From the human T2T-CHM13v2.0 reference genome, Homo sapiens, in the NCBI RefSeq assembly GCF_009914755.1, contig NC_060928.1: a stretch of 64,000 nucleotides of DNA; one strand, given 5' to 3'. The notes under the pieces were generated by a model. That model made no database searches. It was given only the letters and a program-made list of their open reading frames with translations, and had not been told where the DNA came from. This document shows positions 1 through 13,000 of this stretch, one piece after another; position 1 is the first letter of the stretch, and each line of letters begins with the position of its first letter. The position numbers were made by a program, and so were the translations under genes.

Positions 1-974
1 TCAGGATTACAATTTGTTATTTAAAATAGATTCTCTAAGAAAGATGAACTGAATTTAAATCATGTTTATTTATACTCCTTTTTCCAAGTTGCAAATTCAC
101 TGTTAAATTGAAGTCTGCCTATGCCCACACACGAATTTCAGCTCATAGTAACAAGAATTTATATGGCTTTGATATTTACTAGTGTTAGATCCCTCTGGGC
201 TAAAAGGATGTCAGTGAATTCAAGGTAATGTCATAAGCACAGAAAACACTGACTTTTAGAAATGTCTGGTGCCAAAAGATGATGAAAATACTTGTAATAC
301 AGCACTTTATTCTTAGGATATTCTGAAATGCTTTATATCTTAAGATGTTTAAAAATCAATACTGCTTTTTACTTTATAGCTGGTTTACAAAACGTAGTAC
401 ACATCCTTTAGAAGCTAAAAAACAACAACTGTAAATCCAATTTACCCAAGCATATAAAAATTTTCACAGAAGCAGAAAAGGTTCACCTAATATTTTAGGG
501 ACAGAAATCTATATCTATGTAATGGATCACTGAAGTCTGCTAGTGAAATGTACTAGTTCCTAATCATTGCTGCCCCATGAACGCTGTGTTTTCAAAGGCA
601 TTTGCCCCCTGAACAAAAGTCATTCATTAATAGTTCATTTATCTCTCTCTTTTTAAAATTAAAGACATATCTTCCTATTAATCAGTACTTTTGATCAGTT
701 GTTAAATACATTAATTTATATTCAAAATTAATTATCTATCTCAAACACATTCCACAAAAAAATACACATATTAGGAACTCAAGGATCAAGATTTCTTTAA
801 TCAGTGTACAAAATACATGAAAGGAAAGAACTGCTTCATTAGACCAAAGAAAATAGAAATACCCCAACCACCTTTATTTAATGCCATTTTGTTTTCTAAA
901 ACACTAAAACTAAAGGAAGGATTAAGAGAGTAGAAATGTAAGAAAAATAATTTGACATGATGTTTTTTATAGTG

Positions 975-1330
975 TGATATGGTTTGTCTCTGTTTCCTGA
1001 CCCAAATCTCATCTTGAATTGTAATCCCCCCATGTCAAGGGAGGGAGGTGATTGGATCATGGGGGCAGTTCCCCCATGCTGTTCTCGTGAGAGGAGTGAG
1101 TTCTCAAGAGATCTGACGGTTGTATAAGTGTTTGGCATTTCCCCTGCTTGCACGTCTCTCACCTGCCACCTTGTAAAGAAGGTGCCTGCTTCCCCTACAC
1201 CTTCTGCCATGATTATAAGTTCCTGAGGCCTCCCTAGCCATGCAGAACTGTGAGTCAATTAAACTCTTTCCTTTATAAATTACCCGGTCTCAGGTATTTC
1301 TTTTTAGCAGTGTGAAAATGCACTAATACA
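975..1330 (+). mobile_element. THE1-type MaLR solo LTR
   Basis: TGATATGGTTTG...CTAATACA termini with a 5-bp TSD TAGTG on both sides. Confidence 0.9.
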
Positions 1331-1427
1331 TAGTGCTAGCCTGTATTTGCTTAAAATAATAAAATAAAAGCATAATTGGATAGTATTGGAATAATCATAT
1401 ATCAGAAAAACATCTTTTTTTTTTAAC

Positions 1428-1502
1428 CTCTCTGAGATTTTCTTGGCTTCTTAGATTAGGTTGAATGAACAACAATGTCTTCAGCTTTTCAAAATCTTTG
1501 CT
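1428..1502 (-). pseudogene. Putative CNBD-like gene/pseudogene, exon 3 (SKDFEKLKTLLFIQPNLRSQENLRE)
   Basis: Acceptor cactttgttttatag, donor GAG|GTTAAA (weak). 75 nt, phase 0 to 0, open. K-x8-P-x-x-R-[ST] motif as recalled ahead of the cNMP domain in CNBD2-type proteins. Confidence 0.6.
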
Positions 1503-2104
1503 CTATAAAACAAAGTGTATTTACATTGAATGCATCTCACTTGTCCCATGGACACAACTTCTTCTAAAAACTTGGAAAGGATTTATTGCCTGTGGAACAT
1601 GAGGTGTTATGTTTAATTTTGCACATACATTTTGTTGAAATGACTTTAGGAAACAGATTTACTTAAAACAATTGAAGCACCAAGCACGGAATTCACTGGT
1701 CATGTTATAGATAGACAAGTTTAATTATAACTAAGACAATAGGCCCATTATAATAAATTGAGAGTTGTTTGCATAATGAAATGCTATTTCTTGAGTTATG
1801 ATTATGATTTACCCTATGAATATAGCTTAATTTCAGATCAACTAAGTCAAATAGGGTTCACATTCACCAAACAGATTTCATGTACCTATAAAAAAGGGTC
1901 AATAGTAGTCATTTTCTTTTTATCTAGGGAATTCAGTTTGAAAATTTGTATTACCAACTAAGGGCTATGACATAAGGTGAAACACAACTCAGTTCAGTTG
2001 TGTTTATTTATCCCAATTATGCATTATCTTTTACTATTTATTCCAGGTCTTCAGTATCAACATAAAAATTATTTCCATGCTATATCTTGCTACTCTTCAC
2101 ATCA

Positions 2105-2430
<326 letters not shown>

Positions 2431-2685
2431 TTTTAAAAATCTGAATACAGATCTAAGATACTCCCTGACCTATTCTGATAACTGTTTGTTCTTAATAGTA
2501 AAAGTAATAATAATAATTTATTGAGCGTTTAGTATGTCAGACACTATTCCAAGCACTTTATATGTATTAATTAACTCATGAAGGCAGTTTCCATTTTCTG
2601 GTTTCCTGTATAAGAAAAAAAACTCTCCTGGTTATTTAATATTTCTATGAATGACATACAGGCAATTTTCTGACTTGATCCTTCT

Positions 2686-2894
2686 TTTTTTTGTAGCTAT
2701 TTGTAAAAAGGGAATGAAGGACAGCAGTACCATATAGCCTATCAAAAAAATATAGCAAAGATGACACAACGCGTAATCCTATACAGCTTGCCTACACAGG
2801 GAATTATCAATACATCATAAAGTGTGAAGCAAATTAACACTCCCATCATAGCTGGAATTGTTCTAATAGGATCTAATACCATTCGCATGAGCTC
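2686..2894 (-). pseudogene. Possible decayed SFT2D-like (Got1/Sft2 family) retrocopy fragment
   Basis: Translates as ELMRMVLDPIRTIPAMMGVLICFTL...VIFAIFF**AIWYC, then after a frameshift LSFIPFLQIATKK. Resembles the recalled SFT2D2 C-terminus (QLKRMFEPTRLIATIMVLLCFAL...WYSLSFIPFARDAVKK). Confidence 0.35.
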
Positions 2895-3839
2895 ATGAAA
2901 AATGAAATTTTACCTAGTCTAATCCTAATGAGTCCAATCTACTCAAATGAATGCCAGCAAGCAGCAGAAAATTATTATTGATGTAATAAATAGCAATGTG
3001 CCTGTACCAAATAAAAATAACAGAGGAAAGTAAATTGTTTTATTTGATGTCAGTATATTCCCCAAATACATATATCAAGGAATTTAACTATATTAAGCAT
3101 AATCAACTGAAATTTTCAGAATTAAGTTTTAATCTGTGATGGAATGCACATATATAAGCTTGCATTATTTTAACATTAAGTGTGTTAAATTTCAAACTAG
3201 TCTACAAAAACATGTAACTACGAAAATAGCCAATACATTCATGTGCATAGGAAAAAATGGAGGAAAATATACCAAAATGTTAAAATTAATCATCTGTCAT
3301 TTAGGAAATAGAATTTTTTAGCCATTTTTATTTTGTTCTCGATAACCTTTCTATAATATCCAAGTTTCCTACACTAAACCTGTATTACTTTTACTTAAAA
3401 TTTTTAAAAATAGCTACAATTTTTTCTGATTTATAAAAATAATACATTTACATTTCAAACGTGAAAATTTGTTGAAATTCTACCAACCATAATCACTGTT
3501 AGATTGTGATGCATTCTAGATCTCTCTGATTTTCTGTGTCTTTGTCTGTGTGTGTGTCTATAGAGTGGGAGAGATGGAGAAAGGGAGATGTTTATATATG
3601 TATATGTATGTTAGCATGAATATATATTCACACACACACATATATATATACATCTGTACAAATATAGAAACATAATTTTATAGAAATAAAATTATACTAT
3701 TCTGTTTTGTAGCCTGATTTTTTTTCCTCAATGGTATATTGATTTTTCCCATGTGTATATTGTTATTTCTAATAGCTGCATCTTATTCCATTACATGATA
3801 CATCAAAATATATTTAACCCAGTCACTGCTCAGCATCCA

Positions 3840-4087
3840 GTTTAAATATCAGTTCATCTAAGAAGCCTTCACTGCCTCTCCAAGTTAAGGTTCAACACCC
3901 ATCTTATGTGCTCCAACCACAGTCTATACCACCAGCACCACATTCAATTAATGTTTAGTTGACTTTCTTCTTTCCTAAACTGTAAGATATGTAAGGACAG
4001 GGATCATCTATTTCTAGTTAATTTTGATAGCCCAGTACCTACTACAGTGCCCAGTAGGGGTAGGTACCCTATAAATCACTGTTGAAA
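3840..4087 (+). mobile_element. L2 3' fragment
   Basis: Degenerate L2 3' motifs (actgtaag...aggacaggga...cccagtacct...taggtaccctataaat). Confidence 0.55.
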
Positions 4088-4474
4088 TATAAATTGTTTC
4101 CTTCTTAAAAACTATAAACAGTAAGATGAACATCCTTAAACATACAAATCTGTGAACTTATCCAATTGTCCTCATGAAGTAAATTTCTAAAATTGGAATT
4201 GCAGAAAAAAAATGGTATGGGCTTTTTGAACTTTAATACATATTTTTAAATCGCCCTCCAAATCCCTGTAGGAATTTACATTCTCACCATCAGCGAATGA
4301 GTGTATCCATTTTACCATGTCCTTAAAATACTGAGCCTTGTTATCCCTTTAAAAACGTTTCCAAATGTGATATCTTATTACTATTCAGCATTTTATCATT
4401 ACAAAAACATTTTAATATATTAGAGATTTTGCTATCCTTAAAACTAGATTGGGATGTAAATAAAAAATACTAAC

Positions 4475-4586
4475 CAAGTTATATTTGGAAAAATTGTTCA
4501 TGCTAAATAATGGTCCATTCACTGAATGATTCTTCATATTCAAGTAAAAAAGTGCCCACTCTTCTGTGTGACTCTTTTCAGTGTAC
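4475..4586 (-). pseudogene. Putative CNBD-like gene/pseudogene, exon 2 (YTEKSHTEEWALFYLNMKNHSVNGPLFSMNNFSKYNL)
   Basis: Acceptor atatcatctttag|G, donor TTG|GTTAGT. 112 nt, phase 2 to 0, no stop. Confidence 0.6.
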
Positions 4587-4930
4587 CTAAAGATGATATA
4601 AATTTAAAATATAAACACATAGAAAAAATATATATATAAGTACCTACTTGATGGAGAAAATCTGCACAAAAACAAGCTAACATTGAGATAAATCATGGAT
4701 TCAAAAAACAAGGTGAAATTGTCAATTAACTGCCGAGGAGGTGATGTGTTGCTCTGACACAGGAAGTTGGAAGATGCTCTGTTGTGCATTCCAATGGTCT
4801 GTTGTCTCCATCCACAGGGATGCTAAACAATACCCCAAACTCACTGTGTCCAAAGCAAAACTCATGTTCTTCCTCTTTTCCCCAAGAACACTTAGTAAAT
4901 TTTAGATCCAAGGCTATCATATTATGTCTA

Positions 4931-5966
4931 AGAGTTGTGCTGCCCAATATGGAAAAGCAGTTAATATAAACTGAGATGTGCTGTAAATGTAAAAAATACC
5001 CACTGCATTTTGAAGACTTAATATGAAAAAAGAATGTAAAATATCTCATCAATTTTTACATAGATAACTTGTTGAAATGACCATTGCTACTGGTAGACAA
5101 TATCTGAGTTACTAGTGGAAGGTATCATTGTTACTGGTGGAAGCTATCAGTGCCAAATCCGTACATGTCTGCAGCTACCTCAATTCTTGCCTCCTCAGAA
5201 GAAGGTATTCGACTGAGGGGCATAAGGCAGAAAAAGAGACCGAGGCAAGTTTCAGAGCAGGAGTGGAAGTTTATTTAAAAGGCTTTAGAACAGGAAAGAA
5301 AGGAAAGTATGCTTGGAAGAGACCCAAGTGGGCGCCAAGGTCAAGGGCCCCATTTAACCGTGATCATAGGACTTTATGGGCCCACCTCTTTCCCGTGATT
5401 CATTCCTCCCTTAGGGTGGGCTGCCAGCACGCTCGGTGCCCCCCTTACCCTTGGGAAGGGGGCATGTGCAATGTGTTTAGGAAGTTGTATACATGCCCAT
5501 CTGAGCCTTTCTTCCCTTTTCCAGTGGAGTGTCCCCAAAAGGTCATACTTCGCCATCGTGTCTCTTAAGGAGCATGCCCAGGAAGTTCCTTCTCCCTGGC
5601 ATCTGCATTCAATTAACACTTTAATATTAACAGCTGTGGATCATCAGGAGATTGTCTCTCCTTGGCACCCTGGTGCCCAGTTGCCAAATTATCATTTTTA
5701 GAGAGGCAGTGTGATAATTGTTGAACCATCACCTGACATCCCTAGTGGGTTGGGGAGAAGAGCCCTCTCCTGCCCCACTCATGCCTGTCTAACTACCTGT
5801 AACAACCACGTTTTTGAGCTATTAGGTTGAAAACATATCATTCAAAGTAACTTTACCTGTTTCTCTTTTCCCTTTTTTTTTAATGTGGCTACTAAAAAAT
5901 TTAAAATTATATATGTGGCTCATGTTTATGACCTGCATTGTATTTGTATTGGACAGCAATGGTCTA
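4931..5966. mobile_element. MER33/MER3-like hAT DNA transposon split by an LTR
   Basis: Halves at about 4931-5080 and 5805-5966 (gtgctgcccaatatg ... tattggacagca). Confidence 0.65.
5085..5804 (-). mobile_element. ERV1 (MER50-like) solo LTR
   Basis: TG...CA termini, motif cctcaattcttgcctcctcagaaga...gactgaggggcataaggcaga, near-TSD accat/accac. Confidence 0.75.
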
Positions 5967-6347
5967 GAGCAGTGAGATCAGGGCTAGATTATGAAGCTAA
6001 TTATCAGGTTGGATGTTATGCCCTAACAATCCTGCAGAAAGGAACAAGAAAGTGAGAATAAAAAGGAGAAAGGGAAATCCCATGAATTGTGCTTGGTGTG
6101 GACTTTGGCAGTCAGTGAAGGGATCTTCCAGGCATAAGAGACAGAGTAGAAGCTGAGGAGAACTATAAACCTGAAGATAAGAAACCTATGTTATACATGC
6201 CAGATTGTCTAAATCTATGGCTGTCACTGTGTTATCTCTCTGATGTTGTTGCCAGAGCTTTTAGCAGTGCCTCAGGACATTCTAGTCTTGTCTGAGTTGG
6301 ACTACGAGGTAGCAAACTTGAGCTAGAGTTAAGGTTAAAATGAGAAG

Positions 6348-6777
6348 GTGTGGAAGCTAAACAACTCCATTTTGGATGCTAATCCACCATGTTGACTTAT
6401 TAACCCCAGTTCTGGGAATGCCTCTAAGATTTCTATTTGATTTACCATTCCTTGTGTACTTACATCCCCTTAGATCAAAACAATCTTGACCATAAATCCT
6501 GCCCTTAGGTAGACTCACATAGCATTCCTGCCTTTCCCTGAGGAGTCAACTGTAATTGTTCTACACATTCCTTCCCTAAGGTCTGGGGGGTAATGGGGTT
6601 AAGAGTGGGTAATCCACCATCTTGTCTTATGCCACCTGAGGCACAGACATGCTTCTATTCATAAGTCCCTGTTAAATGTTTCTTTCTGAGAAACTGGATT
6701 TGTCAACCTCTTTCTTTGGCCTCTCTGCTTCCTTGGACTCTGGGGATCATTTTGCATAGACCTGCCCACCACGGAAT
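6348..6777 (+). mobile_element. ERV1 (MER31-like) LTR
   Basis: Motif ccattttggatgctaatccaccatgttgac...gaatgcctctaagatttcta. Confidence 0.65.
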
Positions 6778-7782
6778 GATGGTATGTCTCCCATCGCCAG
6801 GAGTGACCCTAAGAGAGCCAAGAGGATTTGAAGGACAAAAATCAGCTGCCCCACTTACCAGGAAAGTCCTTTTCCACTGCCAACCTTGAAGTTCTGGGTT
6901 TGGGTTGGGGGTTCTGTCTGTATGTTTTTATTTTGGTTGTGCAGTTCAAGGATGGCATCATTCCCTAAGGACCTCCTTTAAAGGACCTGCAAAACCCCAG
7001 TCTACCCCAATCTTAAAGTTTACCTGAACCCAATCCGAAGTTGCCACATGCTTTGGAATCTGTGTCCTGTTATCACCAAGTTCCTCTTTGTATCCATCCC
7101 CTTTCCCAGTGAGCAGATATCAGCCTAGTCCCAGTTACTTCAACTTCCCTCCTGGTCTTATTCCATGGAAATCTCCACACGCTGAACTACTTGGTAACAA
7201 AGGCTAATGATCTCTAAGGTATTTTTCAATCTATTGTTACCATAACAAAAAGCATATCAGTGGTTGCTTGGGGCCAGTATGGGAGTTATTACAATAACTT
7301 TTGGGAGTAATGGGTACTTTCATTATTTTGATTGTGTGATGGTTTATGGGTATATATGTATATATATATAAATGTATCAAAATGTACACTTTACATATGT
7401 CAACTATACTTTCATAAAGCTGTTAAAAAACAGCATTAACATGTTTCCTTCTCATAATCAATTTCATCAAACAAGAAATGAATGATGAAATACTTACGTA
7501 TAACCCACTCTAGCTATCTGAGTCCCTGGTAGGAATAGGGACTCTCTTGGCCAAACAGCATCTCAAAGGGAACTTATTCTATCATCTGCTTTACACACAC
7601 AAAACAATATTTTGGCAGCATACCTTCCATAATATATCTCAAGGTGCTCATCAGAAGAGAAAGTCGTCTGATATACATTTGAAACCATTGGATTGGTTGG
7701 TTGTCTTTCCATACAAAGAAATATCTCTAGTGAATAAAGAATAAAACTCTAAAAACCTTCACCACCCAGTATAGTAGAGTTA

Positions 7783-8188
7783 TTGTCTTAGGTCAGGTTT
7801 CATAGAAGCAGCGCCTGAGAGGAGAATTCTTGTGCAAGTGATTCGAGGCTCTTGAGTGAGAACTCCCAGGAAGTGCCACAAGCAGGACAGGAAATGAAAG
7901 CAGCCAGGCAAAGATGCAGGGCCAGCTGCAGTCCAGCCCCAGCCTGATCCCACAGGGAGCAGGGGAAAAATGACTCACACCACAAAGGTGTTCCCTATAA
8001 GGCAGCAAGATTGGCTCTATGTACCCCCTGGTCAGTCATCCTTTAGCTATTGACCACACCTGAAAGTCTTGAGGTGTAACCTCCTGGGCATCTCCCAGCA
8101 GGCAGCTTCCATCAGCAAGGACAATTCTTGAGACAGGGTGCAGCTGTGAGCTGTTGGCAACCTATGCTCGTAGCACCTGGAAAATGGG
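7783..8188 (-). mobile_element. ERVL LTR16-like fragment
   Basis: tgtcttaggtcagg...agaagcag..cctgaga...ttcttgtgcaagtgatt terminus. Confidence 0.5.
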
Positions 8189-8607
8189 GATATGATTTGT
8201 CCTCACTAAACTCATGTTGAAATTTGATCCCCAGTGTGACAGTGTTAGGAGGTGAGGCCTAGTAGGAGGTGATTGGATCATGAAGTTGGATCCCTAAGAA
8301 TGGCTTGCTGCCCTTCTTGTGGTAGTGAGGAAGTGCTCACTCTGCCAAGGCTGTATTAGTTTTCGCAAGAATGGATTAGTTCTTGACAGAGTGGGTTGTT
8401 ATAAAGGCAGGACGTCCCTCGTGTTTTGTCTCTGTTTGCATTTGTCCACTGCCCCTTTGACCTTCTCTGCCATGTTATGATGCAGCATGAAAGCCCTCAC
8501 CAGAAGCCAGGGCCATGCCTTTGAACTGTGAGCAAAGTAAACCTCTTTCTTCATAAATTACCCAGTCTCAGGTATTCTGTTATAGCAACATAAAATGGAC
8601 TAAGACA
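8189..8607 (+). mobile_element. MST-type MaLR LTR
   Basis: actcatgttgaaatttgatcccca ... ggtattctgttatagcaaca...ggactaagaca. Confidence 0.8.
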
Positions 8608-9046
8608 TCATATAATCTTAGAAAAGTTACTTAACTCTGTATTTCAGTTTCCTCATCTGTAAAATGGGGCTTATGAGAGCAGCTGCTTCATATGCTTGCC
8701 AAAACTAAATAAAATAACAAAGCACTCAGAATAGTACTTTATATTAAACTGTATATGCAATTTACTTAAAGTTATGCATAGCACATAATGATCAATAACT
8801 GTTATAAATTTTATTGTTGTTGCTGTTATCCTGTCCTCAGGGATGCCCGCACCAGGTGTCTTGTTGCTCAAGTGCTATCCAGGTGGTTTATACATCTGGA
8901 CACCCAGGAGTGAAATTTTTTGTCTCAATATTGAACTTAAGGGTAATCTAAAGACTCCACATCTAGGTGACTGCCTAAATAGATATATGCACATATCCAT
9001 TTAATCTGACATTTCTCCAGCTCAAAATCAAACAAGTGTAGAGCCA

Positions 9047-9180
9047 GGCCAGGTGGCTCATGCCTGTAATTCCAGCAACATGAGAGGACTGCTTGAGCCC
9101 AGCAGTTAGAGGCTGCAGTGAGCTATGATTGCACCGTTGTACTTGGCTCTATCTCTTAAAAAAAATAAAAATAAAAAATA
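9047..9180 (+). mobile_element. Alu monomer/deleted Alu fragment
   Basis: ggccaggtggctcatgcctgtaat...gcagtgagctatgattgcacc followed by an A tail. Confidence 0.75.
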
Positions 9181-9589
9181 TTTAAACAGGGGTAGCCTTT
9201 TGTCTGTTTCTCTTTAAAGAGTGGGATAGGTGCTATTTCATCATTGGCTGCTTTTTTACTTATGTGAAGACCCTCAATAGGCAGATTCTTCTTCTAGTCT
9301 GTGGTAGGAAAAACAAAGAAAAATAAAACCCCCTCTTTCCTAAGCCTCCAGACCCCAATCATGAAACCAGAGTTTCCCTCAGGCAACAATGTCCCCACAA
9401 AGTTATACCCAAGTATAATTTTGCACAAAGTTATACTTGAAGCAACACTTCAAATCAAAGTCCCAGCGGCCAATTCTCTAATTCTTGCACCCTCCAGAGG
9501 CAAATATGAAAAACTTCAGACGCTTCCTCCAGTTCTTTTAGTTTGGGGAAACAAACTGGCATCTCTGACCCACACCTGACTAGAGAAGG

Positions 9590-10560
9590 TGGGATGGGTC
9601 AGTGGCGAGTGGGCACGGCTCTCGGGAGAGGGAAGGCAGCGATTCCAGGAGTCGGGGTCGCCTCGCTGCGATGGCAGGTTCAGCTTCGGTTCACTAATCG
9701 CAACCAGCCCCACCGCGGGAGACGGGGAGAGCCCTGGCTGCTGCAGGCCGGCACCTGGGTAGATGTTACCTTTTCCCGCACAGGGTCAGTCCACAGACGT
9801 GCACCAGCACCCCGGCGACCGGTCACAGCCTTCCCCTCGCCCCGGGCGGGCGCGGCCTCAGGGAGCCCTCAGGGCTTGGGGCCAGGACCATGGCCATCCA
9901 CGCGCTTCGGCCTCGCACTCCCCGGGTATGCTGCGGGCCCTCTCCATCCGGGGAGGCGGGGTCCGGGGAGGACACATCCCCGGCCCGGCCTCTCCGAGAG
10001 ACCCTTTGGATTTTTCTCTTCCACACCGCCTCATCCGAGGGGAGCCCCCCACCCCACACCCCGCAGTGATCTGGGGATGGGGAAGAGGGACGGGCGCTAG
10101 CGGTGGCGCTCCAGCTGGAACCGATCATGCCTATGTGGAGGTGGGGGATTTGAACTTTTATTTTATATGAAATTAATAAGGATAAACTGAGGAGGTAGAA
10201 TATAACATCTTCTTTCATTCTTAAAAGAATGCATGGCTTTTAAATAAACGTAGCGGGACAAGAGAGACCCTAGGGGTAGCGTTGCCTTGGGTGCAAGTTT
10301 GAGAAGCGGCTATTAGGTACACAGGTGCTTCTTTCTAAATTCAAGTTACTGAAGCTAGACCCCGCGGCGCGCTCTGCGTCTGGGTCTAGGACACGCCTTC
10401 TAGCTGCGATCCACGTTGACCCCGCACAAGCCGAGGTGCGAAGGAGGATCGCAGACCTTCGCCCGGGTTAAACTCCTTTACCGAGAGACCGTGTAACCTG
10501 CATCTGGGCCCTCCTGGAGAAAACGGAGAGGCCTGGTGCATAAAAAGCCATTTGCAGAAC
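9590..10560. promoter_or_regulatory. CpG island, probable promoter/first exon of a minus-strand transcript
   Basis: High GC, dense CpG, GC boxes (gggcggg near 9844, ggaggcgggg near 9952), not repeat-derived. Minus-strand donor AAG|GTAACA at 9770/9769. Confidence 0.8.
9770..9891 (-). pseudogene. Putative CNBD-like gene/pseudogene, coding exon 1 (MVLAPSPEGSLRPRPPGARGRL*PVAGVLVHVCGLTLCGKR)
   Basis: GCCATGG Kozak at 9891, in-frame TGA at 9825-9823, phase-2 donor AAG|GTAACA matching exon 2. Confidence 0.55.
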
Positions 10561-11168
10561 GTTAGACAACTGGGCGGTAAAAGCAGAGGTCTCTCCTTGG
10601 GCTGTAGAATAAACCGCACTGATGGCTCAAGAGGCCCTAGAACAGTTCCTTCTGTTAGGTTGATTCATAAGTCATTGCTGTGTTGGTGGATCAACAGAAT
10701 AGGCCCGGTTGCTTTAAATTTCCTGGGAAGTGAAGCTAAATATGCTTTAGTCATCTATAAGTAGTTACAATGCCATGAGCAACAGCCATGTAATGAACTG
10801 GTCATTAAGAAATGTAATGTTTTCTATAATTTTCACGTTTTTGTTCCATTAGAAAGGCCTCAGAATGGAATTATGCCAGAAATACATGAAAATATACATG
10901 ATTTTATTAGACTTACCTAAAATATGTGGTTTATAAGGAAACTAATCTAAAACAGTAAATCTGTGAAAGCCACTGTTGCCTTTATAATTCAGCTTAATTT
11001 TTTTTAAAAAAGTTATGAATACAATCAAGATTTTTTTTCTAACTGGGGAAGGATAGAAGGATGGGTATAAGGATGCCCAAATCTCAAGATTTAAGCTGAT
11101 TCTGAGTCTGATATAAATAATGATCATGAATTTAAGAACTATCTAGTCTTAAACATACACTGATTTAA

Positions 11169-11512
<344 letters not shown>

Positions 11513-11573
11513 AAACTTACACTGATTTTTCTTATGCAAAATCAGCTCAGTAAAAATAAATAAAATTTTAAAA

Positions 11574-12113
11574 CTGTTGGAACCCCCAAAAACACTTTAA
11601 GCCTTGACAAAGATATGGCTGATCTGAGTCACATATGGTTACAACTTCTGTTCTCAGATTATAGATTAACTCATTTTCTTGTTCTCTACAATGACTAGTG
11701 AGAATTAAACAGCATCAGGGACAAAAATCTCCTGCCTTCTTAATTCATGACCCTTGTTATAGATTAACTTCTCTCTTGTTGTCCTGCTTTGCTTAGACCA
11801 GATGAGAGAAAACTCAGGACTGTTAGACCCTCTGTTGTAAAAAAGTGTTATATGTACCTTTCCCAAAAAAGAACATTCCCATAACTAATCATATTGCTGT
11901 AACTATTTGCCAACGTTGTATGAATAATGTTGCAATCCTGCTAAAAACACCTCTGTCTCTGCCAATAGAAATGAAACCTTAACTTCCCTACTTGTGAATG
12001 CTTACTCCATTCCTTTGGAGTTGGTGTTTCCAGGTGGTCCATTCTCACACTTTGCACTTGAAAAAACTCTCTTTAAATTCGATTCTGATCTTTTTTATTA
12101 TTTTAGATTGACA
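11574..12113 (+). mobile_element. ERV1 MER4-group (MER67-like) solo LTR
   Basis: TGTTGG...TTGACA termini, 3' end ctctttaaatt..attctga..tttt..attattttag.ttgaca. Confidence 0.6.
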
Positions 12114-12159
12114 GCTCTGATCAATTAGATCACTCCCCTAGATACTATAATAGACTTCC

Positions 12160-13000
12160 CGCCCCCAACCAGAGGCTGTTCCCTGTCTCAGTGAATGGCA
12201 CCAACTTGTCCACTTGTCCAAGACAGAGACCTAGGAATCATTTTTTATTCCTCCCCCATTCTAGTGGCTCTCAAATTCATTCTCTCTGTGGCTACCACAA
12301 TGATCTTTATAAAATACAAATTTGTACACGTCACTCCTTTGCTAAAACCCCTTAAATGATTCCCCATTGACCAGAGGATAGTCCTAACCCCCTCATTAGG
12401 TTTTAAGGCTCCTTCTAGTTCACTTCATCACCTCCACCCCTTCCACCTGCTTCTTGCCTCTTTTTACTCTCTCCACCTCCTGCCATCCCTCCTTCCCAAT
12501 GGCACTTGTGGTTAAATTGCTCCAATTTCTGCAAGGTACAGGAATGTCCCTTTGATCACTGAGCCTGAAACACCCTTCAGTCCTTTCTTCCCTGACAAGC
12601 TCCTTCTGCTCCATCAGATCTCTGATTAGATTATTTCCTGTAGGTAGCTTCTCAGATTCCCCACCTGCAAGTTCTTATAACCCCACCAGCCCTTATCACA
12701 CAGTATTGTAATTACTTTTTCCTCCATTTCACCACTAAACTAAGCTACTGACCTGTGCCCAAAAGGAAGCTGCATTTGGAAAGAGCCTGAGCTTTCAACT
12801 CAGAGAGACCTGGGATCTAAATCCAGGTCTTGCATTTACAAGTTATGTGCACTTCAACAAATTTCTTAACCTGGCTGGCTGCATCTCAGTTTCCTATCTG
12901 TAAAGAAAGAGGATCATAATGAAAATTAATGAGACAATGTGTGTAAAGCATTTTGCAGGTAGCCAGGCACTTAGTAAATGCTCAGTAAATAGTAGTTACC
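12160..13000 (+). mobile_element. L2 followed by MIR fragments
   Basis: ctcagtgaatggcacca (L2); ctcagtttcctatctgtaaa...ctcagtaaat (MIR). Confidence 0.6.

Noticed and set aside
4604-4789. Minus-strand 61-aa ORF or exon just upstream of exon 2
   Set aside because: It would need an intron of only 57-61 nt, which is implausibly short, and there is no recognisable homology.
9823-9825. TGA as selenocysteine or programmed readthrough
   Set aside because: No SECIS can be assessed, there is no redox motif, and the context is TGA-CCG rather than TGA-CTAG. CpG decay is the simpler explanation.
9543-10170. Plus-strand ORFs of 185 aa and 135 aa in the CpG island
   Set aside because: Non-ATG starts or low-complexity Pro/Gly/Arg-rich translations typical of stop-poor GC-rich DNA. 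The splice evidence favours the minus strand.
9892-10218. Upstream extension of the minus-strand 131-aa ORF (MKEDVIF...)
   Set aside because: It is the same frame as putative exon 1, but nothing shows it is transcribed or conserved. The Kozak ATG at 9891 is taken as the provisional start.
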